Shown piece after piece: positions 20,010-28,913 of a stretch of 64,000 bases of DNA. The position numbers and the translations under genes are program-made. Source of the stretch: an uncultured Verrucomicrobiae bacterium (GTDB taxonomy: Bacteria > Verrucomicrobiota > Verrucomicrobiia > Chthoniobacterales > Terrimicrobiaceae); assembly GCA_963706955.1 (NCBI GenBank), contig CAVPOC010000002.1, forward strand, positions 96,001 to 160,000, given 5' to 3'. How positions within the stretch are numbered: position 1 is the stretch's first letter; the number at the start of each line of letters is the position of its first letter. Below the pieces are notes generated by a model, which was not told the origin of the DNA, made no database searches, and saw nothing but the letters and a program-made list of their open reading frames with translations.

Positions 20010-21095
20010 ATGGGCCTCATCAATCTCCTCCGCGGCGAACTCATCGAAATCATCGAGTGGATTGACGATTCGCGCGACACCCTGGCGTGGCGATTTCCCG
20101 ATGACGACAAAGCGATTAAGAATGGCGCGCAATTGATCGTGCGCGAGTCACAAGTCGCGCAACTCGTCATGACCGGGCAGTTTGCGGATACCTTTTGGCC
20201 CGGCAAACACACGCTTAGCACGCCCAATGTGCCGGTGCTGGCGCGAATCCAAGGTTGGAAGTACGGCTTCGTCTCTCCGTTCAAGGTGGATATTTATTTT
20301 GTCTCGACGCGGCTGTTCACAGGCAACAAGTGGGGGACTTCAAACCCGGTGATGATGCGAGATCAGGATTTTGGCGTCGTCCGCCTCCGGGCCTTCGGGA
20401 TTTTCGATTTTAAGGTGGTAAACCCTCAGCTCTTTCTTAAAGAAGTCGTCGGGACGGACCAGAATTTCCGGATCGACGAGTTCGCCGATACGATGCGCTC
20501 GCGCGTAGTCAGCGCCTTCAGCGATGCGCTCGCCACCGCTAAAATTCCGGCTCTGGATGTGGCCAGTCGCTACGGCGAACTCGGCGAGGCATTGGTGCCG
20601 GCTATCAACCCGGCGATGATCGGAAAGTACGGCCTCGAGGTGACAAGCTTTATCCTTGAGAACGTCTCCGTGCCGCCAGAAGTCGAGCAAGCAATCGACA
20701 AGCGTTCCGGCATGAGCGTGGTCGGTAACCTGAACGACTACGTGAAGTATCAAATGGGCCAGGGCATGGCTCAGGGTGGGGGCGCCGCCGGCGCGCCCGC
20801 CGAGATGGCAATGGGATTCGCCATGGCGCAACAAATGATGCGCGACGTCGGTCAACCCGCACCGACGGCGTCAACGCCGCCTCCGTTGCCTGGCGTGCCG
20901 CCTCCGCTTCCTGGAGCAGCCTCTCCCGCCGGAGGTGCGCCCGAGGTGTTTACGGCCGAGCAGGTGGCGGAGCGGCTTGGTGTGGCAGCTTCCGACGTCA
21001 TTGCAGCGGTAGAAAGTGGAGAGCTGAAGGGCCGCAAGATCGGCAGCCAGTTGCGCATTACCAAGGCCGCCCTCGACGACTTTCTCGCGCATTGA
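20010..21095 (+). CDS. SPFH (YdjI-like) domain protein with C-terminal excisionase-type HTH
   Basis: IKNGAQLIVRESQ...KWGTSNPV..RD..FG.VRLRAFG, a Pro-rich linker, then FTAEQVAERLGV...GELKGRKIGSQLRI. Confidence 0.85.
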   Translation: MGLINLLRGELIEIIEWIDDSRDTLAWRFPDDDKAIKNGAQLIVRESQVAQLVMTGQFADTFWPGKHTLSTPNVPVLARIQGWKYGFVSPFKVDIYFVSTRLFTGNKWGTSNPVMMRDQDFGVVRLRAFGIFDFKVVNPQLFLKEVVGTDQNFRIDEFADTMRSRVVSAFSDALATAKIPALDVASRYGELGEALVPAINPAMIGKYGLEVTSFILENVSVPPEVEQAIDKRSGMSVVGNLNDYVKYQMGQGMAQGGGAAGAPAEMAMGFAMAQQMMRDVGQPAPTASTPPPLPGVPPPLPGAASPAGGAPEVFTAEQVAERLGVAASDVIAAVESGELKGRKIGSQLRITKAALDDFLAH

Positions 21096-21125
21096 TCAGC
21101 TCAAGTTTCGGCTACCGGCCTGCTC

Positions 21126-22235
21126 ATGGCTGAAATCACAGCACTGCGCAAGTATCCCTGCCCCGAGTGCGGCGGGGACGCCGAATGGAGCGCTTCCAAA
21201 CAGGCCCTCGTCTGTCCCTATTGCGGCACAATCGTGCCATGGACGCCGGGAAAAGATACCCTCGGAGAAACGATCCGGGAAACCGAGCTCGCTGCGGCTT
21301 TGAGTTCGGCAGGATCCGAGACTCGGGATTGGCACTTCGACAAACGCGAAGTCAAGTGCCAGAACTGCCAGGCCATCACGGTTTTCGAAGCGTCGCGCGC
21401 CGCGCAGCGATGCGAATTCTGCGGCTCGCCATCCATTGTTCCGTTGGAGACAACGCGCGATGCAATCACACCGACAGCGGTGCTCCCGGCCAGACTTTCC
21501 GAGCCGCAGGTCCGTGATCGACTCCGCCAGTGGTATTCCTCGCGAATGTTCGCGCCAGACCGGTTCAAAAAAGCCGCGCTGACTGACACCCTGCACGGAC
21601 TCTATTTGCCTTACTGGACCTTTGACGCTCATGTGCACGCGGCTTGGACGGCGATGGCCGGCTATGTCTATTTCGAGAACGTGCAGCGCCGCGGGTCCGA
21701 TGGCCGGCTCGTGAACGTTGCCGAGCAGCGCGTCCGCTGGCAACCGGCTAGAGGTGAGGTGGAGCATTTCTTCGACGATGATCCTGTTCCCGGCACGATG
21801 GGGGTCGAACTCGCCCTTCTGCGCAAAGTGGAACCTTTCCCTACCCGTGGCGACGAACTGAAGCCCTACGAACCTACCTACCTGCGAGGATGGACTGTAG
21901 AACGTTACCAGGTCGACCTGCGGAAAGCGGCCGAACTAAATCTTGCGCAAATGGACACGGCAATGAGGGAACTCTGCGCCAAACAGGTGCCCGGCGATAC
22001 TCAGCGGGACTTGCAGGTGAAAACCCAGTATCAAGGCCGCACGTTCAAGCATGTTCTCGTGCCGGTGTGGCTCGTTACTTATACTTATGGGCCGAAGAAC
22101 TACCAAATCGTCGTCAATGGCTACACAGGGATCGTCGCCGGCGATCGTCCGATCAGCTACATAAAGGTCTTCGTCTACGTCATTTTGCCCGCGCTGATCA
22201 TCATTTTGCTGCTGCTCCTGACGCAGCAGTCGTGA
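21126..22235 (+). CDS. Double zinc-ribbon membrane protein, SPFH operon partner
   Basis: CPECGG..CPYCG and CQNC..CEFCG; GLYLPYWTFD; VNGYTG; C-terminal transmembrane helix. Confidence 0.8.
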   Translation: MAEITALRKYPCPECGGDAEWSASKQALVCPYCGTIVPWTPGKDTLGETIRETELAAALSSAGSETRDWHFDKREVKCQNCQAITVFEASRAAQRCEFCGSPSIVPLETTRDAITPTAVLPARLSEPQVRDRLRQWYSSRMFAPDRFKKAALTDTLHGLYLPYWTFDAHVHAAWTAMAGYVYFENVQRRGSDGRLVNVAEQRVRWQPARGEVEHFFDDDPVPGTMGVELALLRKVEPFPTRGDELKPYEPTYLRGWTVERYQVDLRKAAELNLAQMDTAMRELCAKQVPGDTQRDLQVKTQYQGRTFKHVLVPVWLVTYTYGPKNYQIVVNGYTGIVAGDRPISYIKVFVYVILPALIIILLLLLTQQS

Positions 22236-22443
22236 TCCGAACGTCTCGAGTGCGCGCCAGCCACGCCGCTCGACGCAGCCGGTGCACGGAGGCGGGCGCA
22301 TTTCAAAGATCTCCGCGTGCCCAAACCGCGCAACGAAAGCTGGTCTGCGGTCGGAGGCGAGTGATGAAGCACCGTTTTTCCGTGCTTTCGGGAAGATACG
22401 TTGGCAATGTCGGAGTTGATGCCGGACGTATCGCCGTGTCTTT

Positions 22444-23587
22444 GTGAGCTGGAAAGGTAACGAGTCGAGATTCTCACTGAGTCGGCTTCCGCTTTTCTGG
22501 AAGCTTCACATTGCTGGATGTCTCCTGCTTTTCTTTGGGCTGTTTCCGCTGCGGCTTTTCCTCATCCCGTACGAAACAGAGCTGCTGGGCTCACTCCAAC
22601 GCCATGCCTATTACCTTATCTGGTGCGATATCACCTGCTTCCTCCTGGCGATCGGCCTGCGCTATCTTTACCGGCTCGAGTATTTTTATCGCATAAGTCG
22701 CGTCTCCCTCGGAATACACATTGTCTTCATTTCTGCCGCGCTCGCGCTCATTGACATCGGACTGACCTTTCCTGTCTTTAGCCTGGTTGAGCGGCTGCAG
22801 ACATCACGCCAGCCCGCATCTCTACATTGCATCATCCATCTGGCCGCGCTTCTGGTTCTTCACAACGTGGAGCCTGCTCTATTTTCTCCTCAGGGCCTTT
22901 CAAGATGCCCGTCGCGCTGACGCGGCGCTGAGAGGCGCTGAGAACCGTCGTCGAGAGGCCGAGCTCCTCATGCTCCGCTCGCAAATTAACCCGCATTTTC
23001 TTTTTAACGCTCTCAACACGGTCCTCAGCGAGTCCGACGGCAACCAACGGCTGACGCTGGTGGTCAGAGGACTTTCCGATTACATGCGCTATGCCTTGGC
23101 AAATCGTCAAAACCTCTTCGTGCCTCTTGGCCAGGAGGCGGAAGCACTCGCCCGGTATGCGGACGTAGAGCAAGCGAGATTCGGCGGCACTCTTTGGATC
23201 CAAATCGCCATCGACCCGAATACTCGAGAGTTGCCCGTGCCCGGAGTCTTCATGCAGCCGCTGGTTGAAAACGCCATCAAACATGGCCGCGAATCGTGTG
23301 AAGAAACTCTCCGGATCCTCGTGCAGGCCGGGTTGGAGAATCGCACCCTTCACATTAAGGTCTCGAATACCGGGGCGTGGGTTCCGCCACCGACTGCTCC
23401 TCTCGACCGGCCCTCGGGCGCCGGGCTATCCATCTTGCGACGTCAACTCGAGCTCCTTTATCCAGGACGATCCGAGTTCCGGATCGGGTCGGAGAATGGA
23501 GGCGTCGTGGCCGAGATTCTGATCGATGATCCCGTCAACGCTGCGAACGAAGCGCAAACGAGCCTCAGGGACGCACGTCAAAGATGA
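22444..23587 (+). CDS. LytS/YehU-type sensor histidine kinase, one frameshift near 22820
   Basis: Transmembrane helices in ORF 22444..22920; LRSQINPHFLFNALN and QPLVENAIKHG in ORF 22787..23587. Confidence 0.88.
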
Positions 23588-24315
23588 CTTGGCGGACCCT
23601 GATTATCGATGACGAGCCTCCCGCTCGAAAACACCTTAGGCGACTGCTGGCCGAGCATCCCCAAATTGAGGTCGTCGGCGAAGCGTCCGGAGTCGCCGAA
23701 GCCATCGAAATGTGTGAAAAGTATCAGCCAGGACTTTTGTTCCTCGATGTGCAAATGCCTCGAGCGACGGGTTTCGATCTTCTGCCTAAGCTAACGCCGG
23801 TGCCAAAGATTGTCTTTGTCACCGCGCATGAGGAATTCGCGCTCCGCGCCTTCGAGGTGAATGCGGTTGATTATCTCATGAAGCCGGTGTTCGCGGACAG
23901 ACTGGCCCTTGCTCTTAAGCGCATTCTCTCAGGCTCGGGGTTGGATCCCGCTGCCGATGACCCCTTGGAAGCCGGCGATGCCGTTTTCTTGCAGAGCGGT
24001 CGAACTCTACGCATGGTGCCACTTCGCCAGATCGTTTGCATCGTAGCCGAGGGAAATTACTCCACCGTGGTCCTCAGCGACGGTAAGGAGTTTCTCATTT
24101 ATCGAACCTTGAACCAGTGGGAAAAGCGCCTACCCAGCAGTCTGTTCGTGCGGCTTGACCGCTCGATTCTCGTTAATTTGACTCATCTTTTGGAGGTCAA
24201 GATCATCGACCGGGACGCGGGTCATTTGCATCTCACCGGCCGCAAGGAACCTCTAATGCTCGGCCGGACGGCCATCAATCGCGTGCGGCTCTCTCTGCAA
24301 GAACGGCAAAGCTGA
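23584..24315 (+). CDS. LytTR family response regulator
   Basis: IIDDEPPAR, FLDVQMP, FVTAH, DYLMKP receiver domain; AEGNYS...FVRLDRSILVN LytTR domain; ATGA overlap with the kinase. Confidence 0.93.
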   Translation: MTWRTLIIDDEPPARKHLRRLLAEHPQIEVVGEASGVAEAIEMCEKYQPGLLFLDVQMPRATGFDLLPKLTPVPKIVFVTAHEEFALRAFEVNAVDYLMKPVFADRLALALKRILSGSGLDPAADDPLEAGDAVFLQSGRTLRMVPLRQIVCIVAEGNYSTVVLSDGKEFLIYRTLNQWEKRLPSSLFVRLDRSILVNLTHLLEVKIIDRDAGHLHLTGRKEPLMLGRTAINRVRLSLQERQS

Positions 24316-24551
24316 TCTGGCGGTTGGCGCTTCGCGGCCCCTGCCAACTTCGGAGAGAACTTCGCCGGATTGGGATAAGAAAACTTCCCGCAGCTGCAAG
24401 CTCTGGCACTTAGCTGCGAATCTCATAGCGAGACAAAGCTATGAACAGACGCAGAAAGACCTTCTCAACTTTTCGCAGAGCTTCCGACCGTGGTCGGAAT
24501 TTCCCTGGGCATCGCGCTCCTCAACCCACGTTTTCTCAGACGCTGCGAGAC

Positions 24552-25352
24552 ATGTCTTTCGGAGACATTCTGCCGGGCTCAATCGAAAAACGGATTGCTG
24601 GCAACTGGATTACACCGGAGGAAGCCGCTGTGGCCATCCGAGACGGCGACGGATCGGGGATACGCATCGCCATTCTGGATTCCGGCGTCGAGATTGGGCA
24701 CCCCGATTTTCGTGGCCGGCAACTCGACGACGACCTTGTCATGGATGACGTAAATCTCGGCGAGTTCGCCGAGGGCGAAGGAGAGGACACCTATGGACAT
24801 GGCACGGCGATCGCCGGGATCATCTGGAAAGTCGCTCCAGAAGCGGGCATCACCAGCTTCCGCGTGCTCGGACCAAAGCTCGCCGGACGCACGGCCCAGG
24901 TTTGGCTCGCCGCAAATGAGGCCATCACCAGAGGTTTCGACATCATCAATTGCAGTTTCGCATGCGGCATCTCCGGTCACTTATCTCTCTACAAGGAGTG
25001 GACGGACCGGGCTCTCGTCAAAGGCGTTCACGTAGTGGCCGCCTCGCACGGCGAGGAGCCGGAATGGCCTGCACATTTCGCGAGCGTGCTGGCCGTCGAC
25101 TATGCCGAGTCAGAAATGGACGAAGGCCAGATCTCGTATTCGGAAGGTCGGATGGTGGGATTTACGGCCGCTGCCGATGGCGAGGTTCCTTGGAAGGATG
25201 GCACCCATCGTTCGATGACGGGAAGCAGTTTCGCCGCCGCTCTGATGACGGGAATCGTGGCACGGCTGCTCTCGGTTTACCCGATTCGAGACCCTCTCCT
25301 GCTCAAGGCCCTCCTCCGGAGGGTCTACGGCGGCGAGGAGAATTGGAATTGA
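24552..25352 (+). CDS. S8 family (subtilase) serine peptidase, compact, with no signal peptide or propeptide
   Basis: Catalytic triad motifs ILDSG, YGHGT and TGSSFAA. Confidence 0.85.
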   Translation: MSFGDILPGSIEKRIAGNWITPEEAAVAIRDGDGSGIRIAILDSGVEIGHPDFRGRQLDDDLVMDDVNLGEFAEGEGEDTYGHGTAIAGIIWKVAPEAGITSFRVLGPKLAGRTAQVWLAANEAITRGFDIINCSFACGISGHLSLYKEWTDRALVKGVHVVAASHGEEPEWPAHFASVLAVDYAESEMDEGQISYSEGRMVGFTAAADGEVPWKDGTHRSMTGSSFAAALMTGIVARLLSVYPIRDPLLLKALLRRVYGGEENWN

Positions 25353-25544
25353 ATGGTCGACTCGGTGGAAGCGAGCCCGAGCTGAATTGCAGCATCCTTT
25401 CCAATAACGGCAGTTATTGCAAAATAGGCACGACTGTACGGGATCGCTCCGTGTTGGGGAAAAATGCATCTCGATAATTTAAAGGTTGTCGTACGTGCGA
25501 ATGATCTACTACAAAACTAGACCCAAAAGAGCTCACTATGATCA

Positions 25545-25994
25545 ATGCTGATACAATACGCACGACTGATTCTGAAAATGGCAAGTCCCCTGCGACGGAT
25601 TCGGTTGTTGAGGAAATCAAGGGGGAGCTTGAAACCAGTAGACCAGTCTAGTTTCCCGGCCAATGAACCTGAGCAGGGTTCTGAAGCGAATGAGCCAGAT
25701 CGCGAAAGTTCCTTTACGAGGCGTGCCCTGCTGCTCAAGGTGGGCTGGGCTGTCCCGGTAATTCTCGCTGTCGGGCTGCCTTCAACGGTGTTAGCCGGTA
25801 TGACGTCTCCGTCGCGTGGCCATGACCACAAACCTAAGTGTGACTTCTGGCCCAAGAAAAACCACGGGTCCGACAAAAACCACGGGTCCGACAAGAACTA
25901 CTGGCCAGGCAAAGACCACTGGTTCGACAAGAAGCACTGGCCCGACGATAACAAGAAAAAGGACTCACATCATTACGACCGATTGTGGTGGTAA
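25545..25994 (+). CDS. Putative RiPP-like precursor with Tat-type leader and His/Trp/Lys/Asp repeat core (start uncertain; TTG 25629 possible)
   Basis: FTRRALLLKVGWAVPVILAVGLPSTVLA followed by KNHGSD-type repeats; lies immediately upstream of the PqqD, kinase and nucleotidyltransferase genes. Confidence 0.7.
   Translation: MLIQYARLILKMASPLRRIRLLRKSRGSLKPVDQSSFPANEPEQGSEANEPDRESSFTRRALLLKVGWAVPVILAVGLPSTVLAGMTSPSRGHDHKPKCDFWPKKNHGSDKNHGSDKNYWPGKDHWFDKKHWPDDNKKKDSHHYDRLWW
25839..25946 (+). repeat. Six in-frame 18-bp tandem repeats
   Basis: Units encode CDFWPK, KNHGSD, KNHGSD, KNYWPG, KDHWFD and KKHWPD. Units 2 and 3 are identical (AAAAACCACGGGTCCGAC). Confidence 0.9.
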
Positions 25995-26138
25995 TTAAGG
26001 ATGCTGCGGACGTTCATCATGCCGGAGTCGACTTTGGAGCGTGCTTCGGCTGCTTAGACAGTGTCCTTGAAGACGGTCACTGGATACTCAGTGGATTCCA
26101 GAATCGCCCAAAAGCCCTTGATACATCCTCTGGATACG

Positions 26139-26435
26139 ATGCTTGCCCGACCTAACCGGCTGGGGAGCGTCAACTGCTATGATTTAGACGACGAGGTGTT
26201 ACTCTACTCCAGCGGGAGTGAGAGGGTGTTCTCGCTCAATAGTTCCGCCAAAGCCATCTGGGAACTATGTGATGGCAGTCACACCATCGTCGAAATTGGT
26301 CAGGAACTCGGCGAGCGCGTCGGCTGCTCTGGCGATGAGCTGTTTGATGACATCATAAACGCTGTAGGTGAATTCCGTGAGCACGGTCTTCTGGAGTTGG
26401 CGGAAGCGTCTCGTGCGGAAATCCCTGGAAAATAG
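26139..26435 (+). CDS. PqqD family RiPP recognition element (stand-alone)
   Basis: LDDEVLLY...VFSLNSSAKAIWELCDGSHTIVEI...DI...EFREHGLL is the PqqD winged-helix signature. Confidence 0.9.
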   Translation: MLARPNRLGSVNCYDLDDEVLLYSSGSERVFSLNSSAKAIWELCDGSHTIVEIGQELGERVGCSGDELFDDIINAVGEFREHGLLELAEASRAEIPGK

Positions 26436-26451
26436 CGAAGAAACGGTCGCT

Positions 26452-27390
26452 ATGAACGGGCAGACATTACACGTTGGGTTCGGCGGCAGCAAGGTAGCTG
26501 TCTACTCTGATGCCCCCGAGGTGCTTGCGGGATTGAAACGTATCTTTGGTGAGATGCTCGAGTCCGAGCCCACGAGGACGGTGGAGCGTTTGGAGGTGAA
26601 GCGGAGAGACGGCAATTACAATGTCTTGGGGATTACGGAAGCTTGCATCGAGTATGGTTCGCTGGCCGATACAGTGGAACGCCTGCGGTTTGAAGTGGTC
26701 TTGCGCCTGATCCAGGCACGCTCCGACCTCATGTGGCTCCACGCGGGGGCTGCGGCCTACCGGTCTGGTTCTGTCATGATTCTGGGCCCTTGGGGGCGGG
26801 GCAAGAGTACCCTCGTCACAAGCCTCTACGCAAACGGCTGGACCTACCTGTCCGACGACGTCGTCCCCCTGGACCCGAATTCTGGTAGAGCATTTCCCTT
26901 TCCTTTGACTCCAATGGTTCGCGAGGACCCAGGACAGGAATTGCCTTTCGAGCGTCTTTCAGAACTGCGAAAGACGGTGGTGCCCCTCCTACCGGAAAGA
27001 ATATGCCGAGATCCCGTCCCAATTAGGACGGTGGTATTTCCAGTTTACCGCCGTGGGTGTCACACCGAACTTCTGCCCTGCTCCCCCGCGACTGCCGCGC
27101 TGGAGCTACTTCAAAATTGTCTAAATTTCCCGAGTCACCGGGAGGCCGCGGTGCGATACGTTTGCGATCTGGTAAGGAAAGTGCCCGCTTTCCGCCTCTC
27201 TTACAGCGACGGCAGACTCGCCGCCGAGCTCATAGCTGAAGCGCATGAAAGCTGGGAGCAGGTAAAAAGCTTCCCACAGCATCCTGACGCAGCCGACGCG
27301 GTCCTCCTCACTTTCCGATCGGGCGCCGATCATCCCCAAGCAACAAAGGCTCGGAGGACACCTTCGGCGTTCATTTCGATGAGGGTCTAA
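26452..27390 (+). CDS. HPr kinase-related P-loop kinase
   Basis: LHAGAA, GPWGRGKST Walker A and YLSDD. Confidence 0.85.
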   Translation: MNGQTLHVGFGGSKVAVYSDAPEVLAGLKRIFGEMLESEPTRTVERLEVKRRDGNYNVLGITEACIEYGSLADTVERLRFEVVLRLIQARSDLMWLHAGAAAYRSGSVMILGPWGRGKSTLVTSLYANGWTYLSDDVVPLDPNSGRAFPFPLTPMVREDPGQELPFERLSELRKTVVPLLPERICRDPVPIRTVVFPVYRRGCHTELLPCSPATAALELLQNCLNFPSHREAAVRYVCDLVRKVPAFRLSYSDGRLAAELIAEAHESWEQVKSFPQHPDAADAVLLTFRSGADHPQATKARRTPSAFISMRV

Positions 27391-27537
27391 GCGCTCGCTA
27401 GTCGGCCTTGCCCGGAGGTAGCTACCGGAAGAAATCCGGAGCGCTTCGAACTGGCAACGCTCTACATGGTGCAGACGCTTGCAAAAAGTTAATTAAACAA
27501 GCGTCGGCTTTTATTACGCGTTCTCAGTTAGGAGCAT

Positions 27538-28641
27538 ATGTTCAAGACCTCCAGTAACGGCGGCGCGGGGCAATTTTGCGCTGAGATCGAGCTGCTCCTG
27601 TGCTGCGCTAGAACGTGCGTGGATTCGAAAGCGGCCGCGCGCGTCGAAGTCCTGCTGAGACAAGGCGTCGACGTGGCCTACCTAATGCGGGTAGCGCGAC
27701 GCCATGGGCTGTTGCCTTTGGTTTACTGGAACCTGCATAAAGACTGCCGAGTTCCCAAAGCTGTTCTCGATCAGTTACGGGGTTATTTCAGGACTAATGC
27801 TGTCCGCAACATAATCCTAGCTGAAGAGCTGATCGAAATTTTGAAGTTACTCAAGACACAAAATATTCTCGCGGTTCCATTCAAAGGCCCGCTTTTGGCC
27901 GCCCTGGCTTATCGAAACCTTGCCCTCAGGGAATTCTTCGATCTGGATCTTTGGGTTCACCAACGTGATTTCGCGGCGGCCCAGACCGTGCTCGAGTCGC
28001 GTGGATACCGACTGGAGGTCCAAGCTCCGTGGGAATCTTGCTTTGTCCGCAACGATGGCAAAATGGCGATGGAGGTGGATCTTCACAGCGGCATTACGCC
28101 GCCGGATTTTCCTCTCGCGCTCGACTTTGACCAATTGTGCGAGCGACTTCGTCACGTCAAACTTTCGACACGGATAGTCCCTACTTTTTCGCCGGAGGAC
28201 CTCCTCATAATCCTGTGCATTCAAGTGGCTAAGGATGCATGGGAGTGTCGTAATCGGCTACTGCAGCTCTGTGATATTAGAGCAGTGATCGACAGTCAAC
28301 AAACAATCGATTGGCGAAAACTGATGAGACAGGCTCGAACCATGGGCTGCCAGCGCATGGTCCTTCTCGGCTTCCGCTTGGTTAATGAGCTTCTGGAAGC
28401 ATCCGTGCCTATGGAAATCCTCCAGGAAGCCGCGGCACATCGGGGGGTCGAAACCCTTTGTCAGCGAGTGCGTGCGGTGCTTTTTGGAGCCGCGACTGCT
28501 GGCTTTCCCAGCAGTTTTGTTTTGCGACATCACGCAATCGATCGTGCGCGTGATCGGGTCCGTCACGCTTTGTGGTACTTTTACTTCAGGAAGGACCGCG
28601 CACTTATGGCGTCGCCACGATCTCTTTCTGGCCATGGATAA
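27538..28641 (+). CDS. Nucleotidyltransferase family protein (NTP_transf_5-like)
   Basis: [12 protein letters not shown]...[16 protein letters not shown] and RLLQLCDI motifs. Confidence 0.88.
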   Translation: MFKTSSNGGAGQFCAEIELLLCCARTCVDSKAAARVEVLLRQGVDVAYLMRVARRHGLLPLVYWNLHKDCRVPKAVLDQLRGYFRTNAVRNIILAEELIEILKLLKTQNILAVPFKGPLLAALAYRNLALREFFDLDLWVHQRDFAAAQTVLESRGYRLEVQAPWESCFVRNDGKMAMEVDLHSGITPPDFPLALDFDQLCERLRHVKLSTRIVPTFSPEDLLIILCIQVAKDAWECRNRLLQLCDIRAVIDSQQTIDWRKLMRQARTMGCQRMVLLGFRLVNELLEASVPMEILQEAAAHRGVETLCQRVRAVLFGAATAGFPSSFVLRHHAIDRARDRVRHALWYFYFRKDRALMASPRSLSGHG

Positions 28642-28913
28642 GGTAGCTGTGCAGATGTTCGCCGCTCCAATCGAACGCACTCCGAAGAACATCGTGAGTT
28701 TGGCGATACTGGTGTCGCTTGCCACGAGGAAACGTCGCCGAGGGGAACGCAAATACGTCGAACACCTTGGACTTGCTGCTGCCGTTTGGTCCAAGCAAGA
28801 CTGTCATTGGGCGCGTAGGCGCTACGCGCCCAGCGCTCTGGGCGTGTCCTCACGGAGCTTTCCGGCGCTGGGGACACCTAGGTGCGCCTGGCGGGGACTG
28901 CGGCCGCCGCGCG

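Noticed and set aside
25839..25946. CRISPR array
   Set aside because: The 18-bp units abut without spacers, are in-frame coding repeats, and there are no cas genes.
26139..26435. PQQ biosynthesis (pqqD)
   Set aside because: No pqqA, pqqB, pqqC or pqqE nearby; PqqD here is best read as a generic RRE.
25545..28641. Canonical lasso peptide cluster
   Set aside because: No asparagine-synthetase-like cyclase or B2 transglutaminase-like protease, and no convincing Thr(-2) leader junction followed by a lasso ring.
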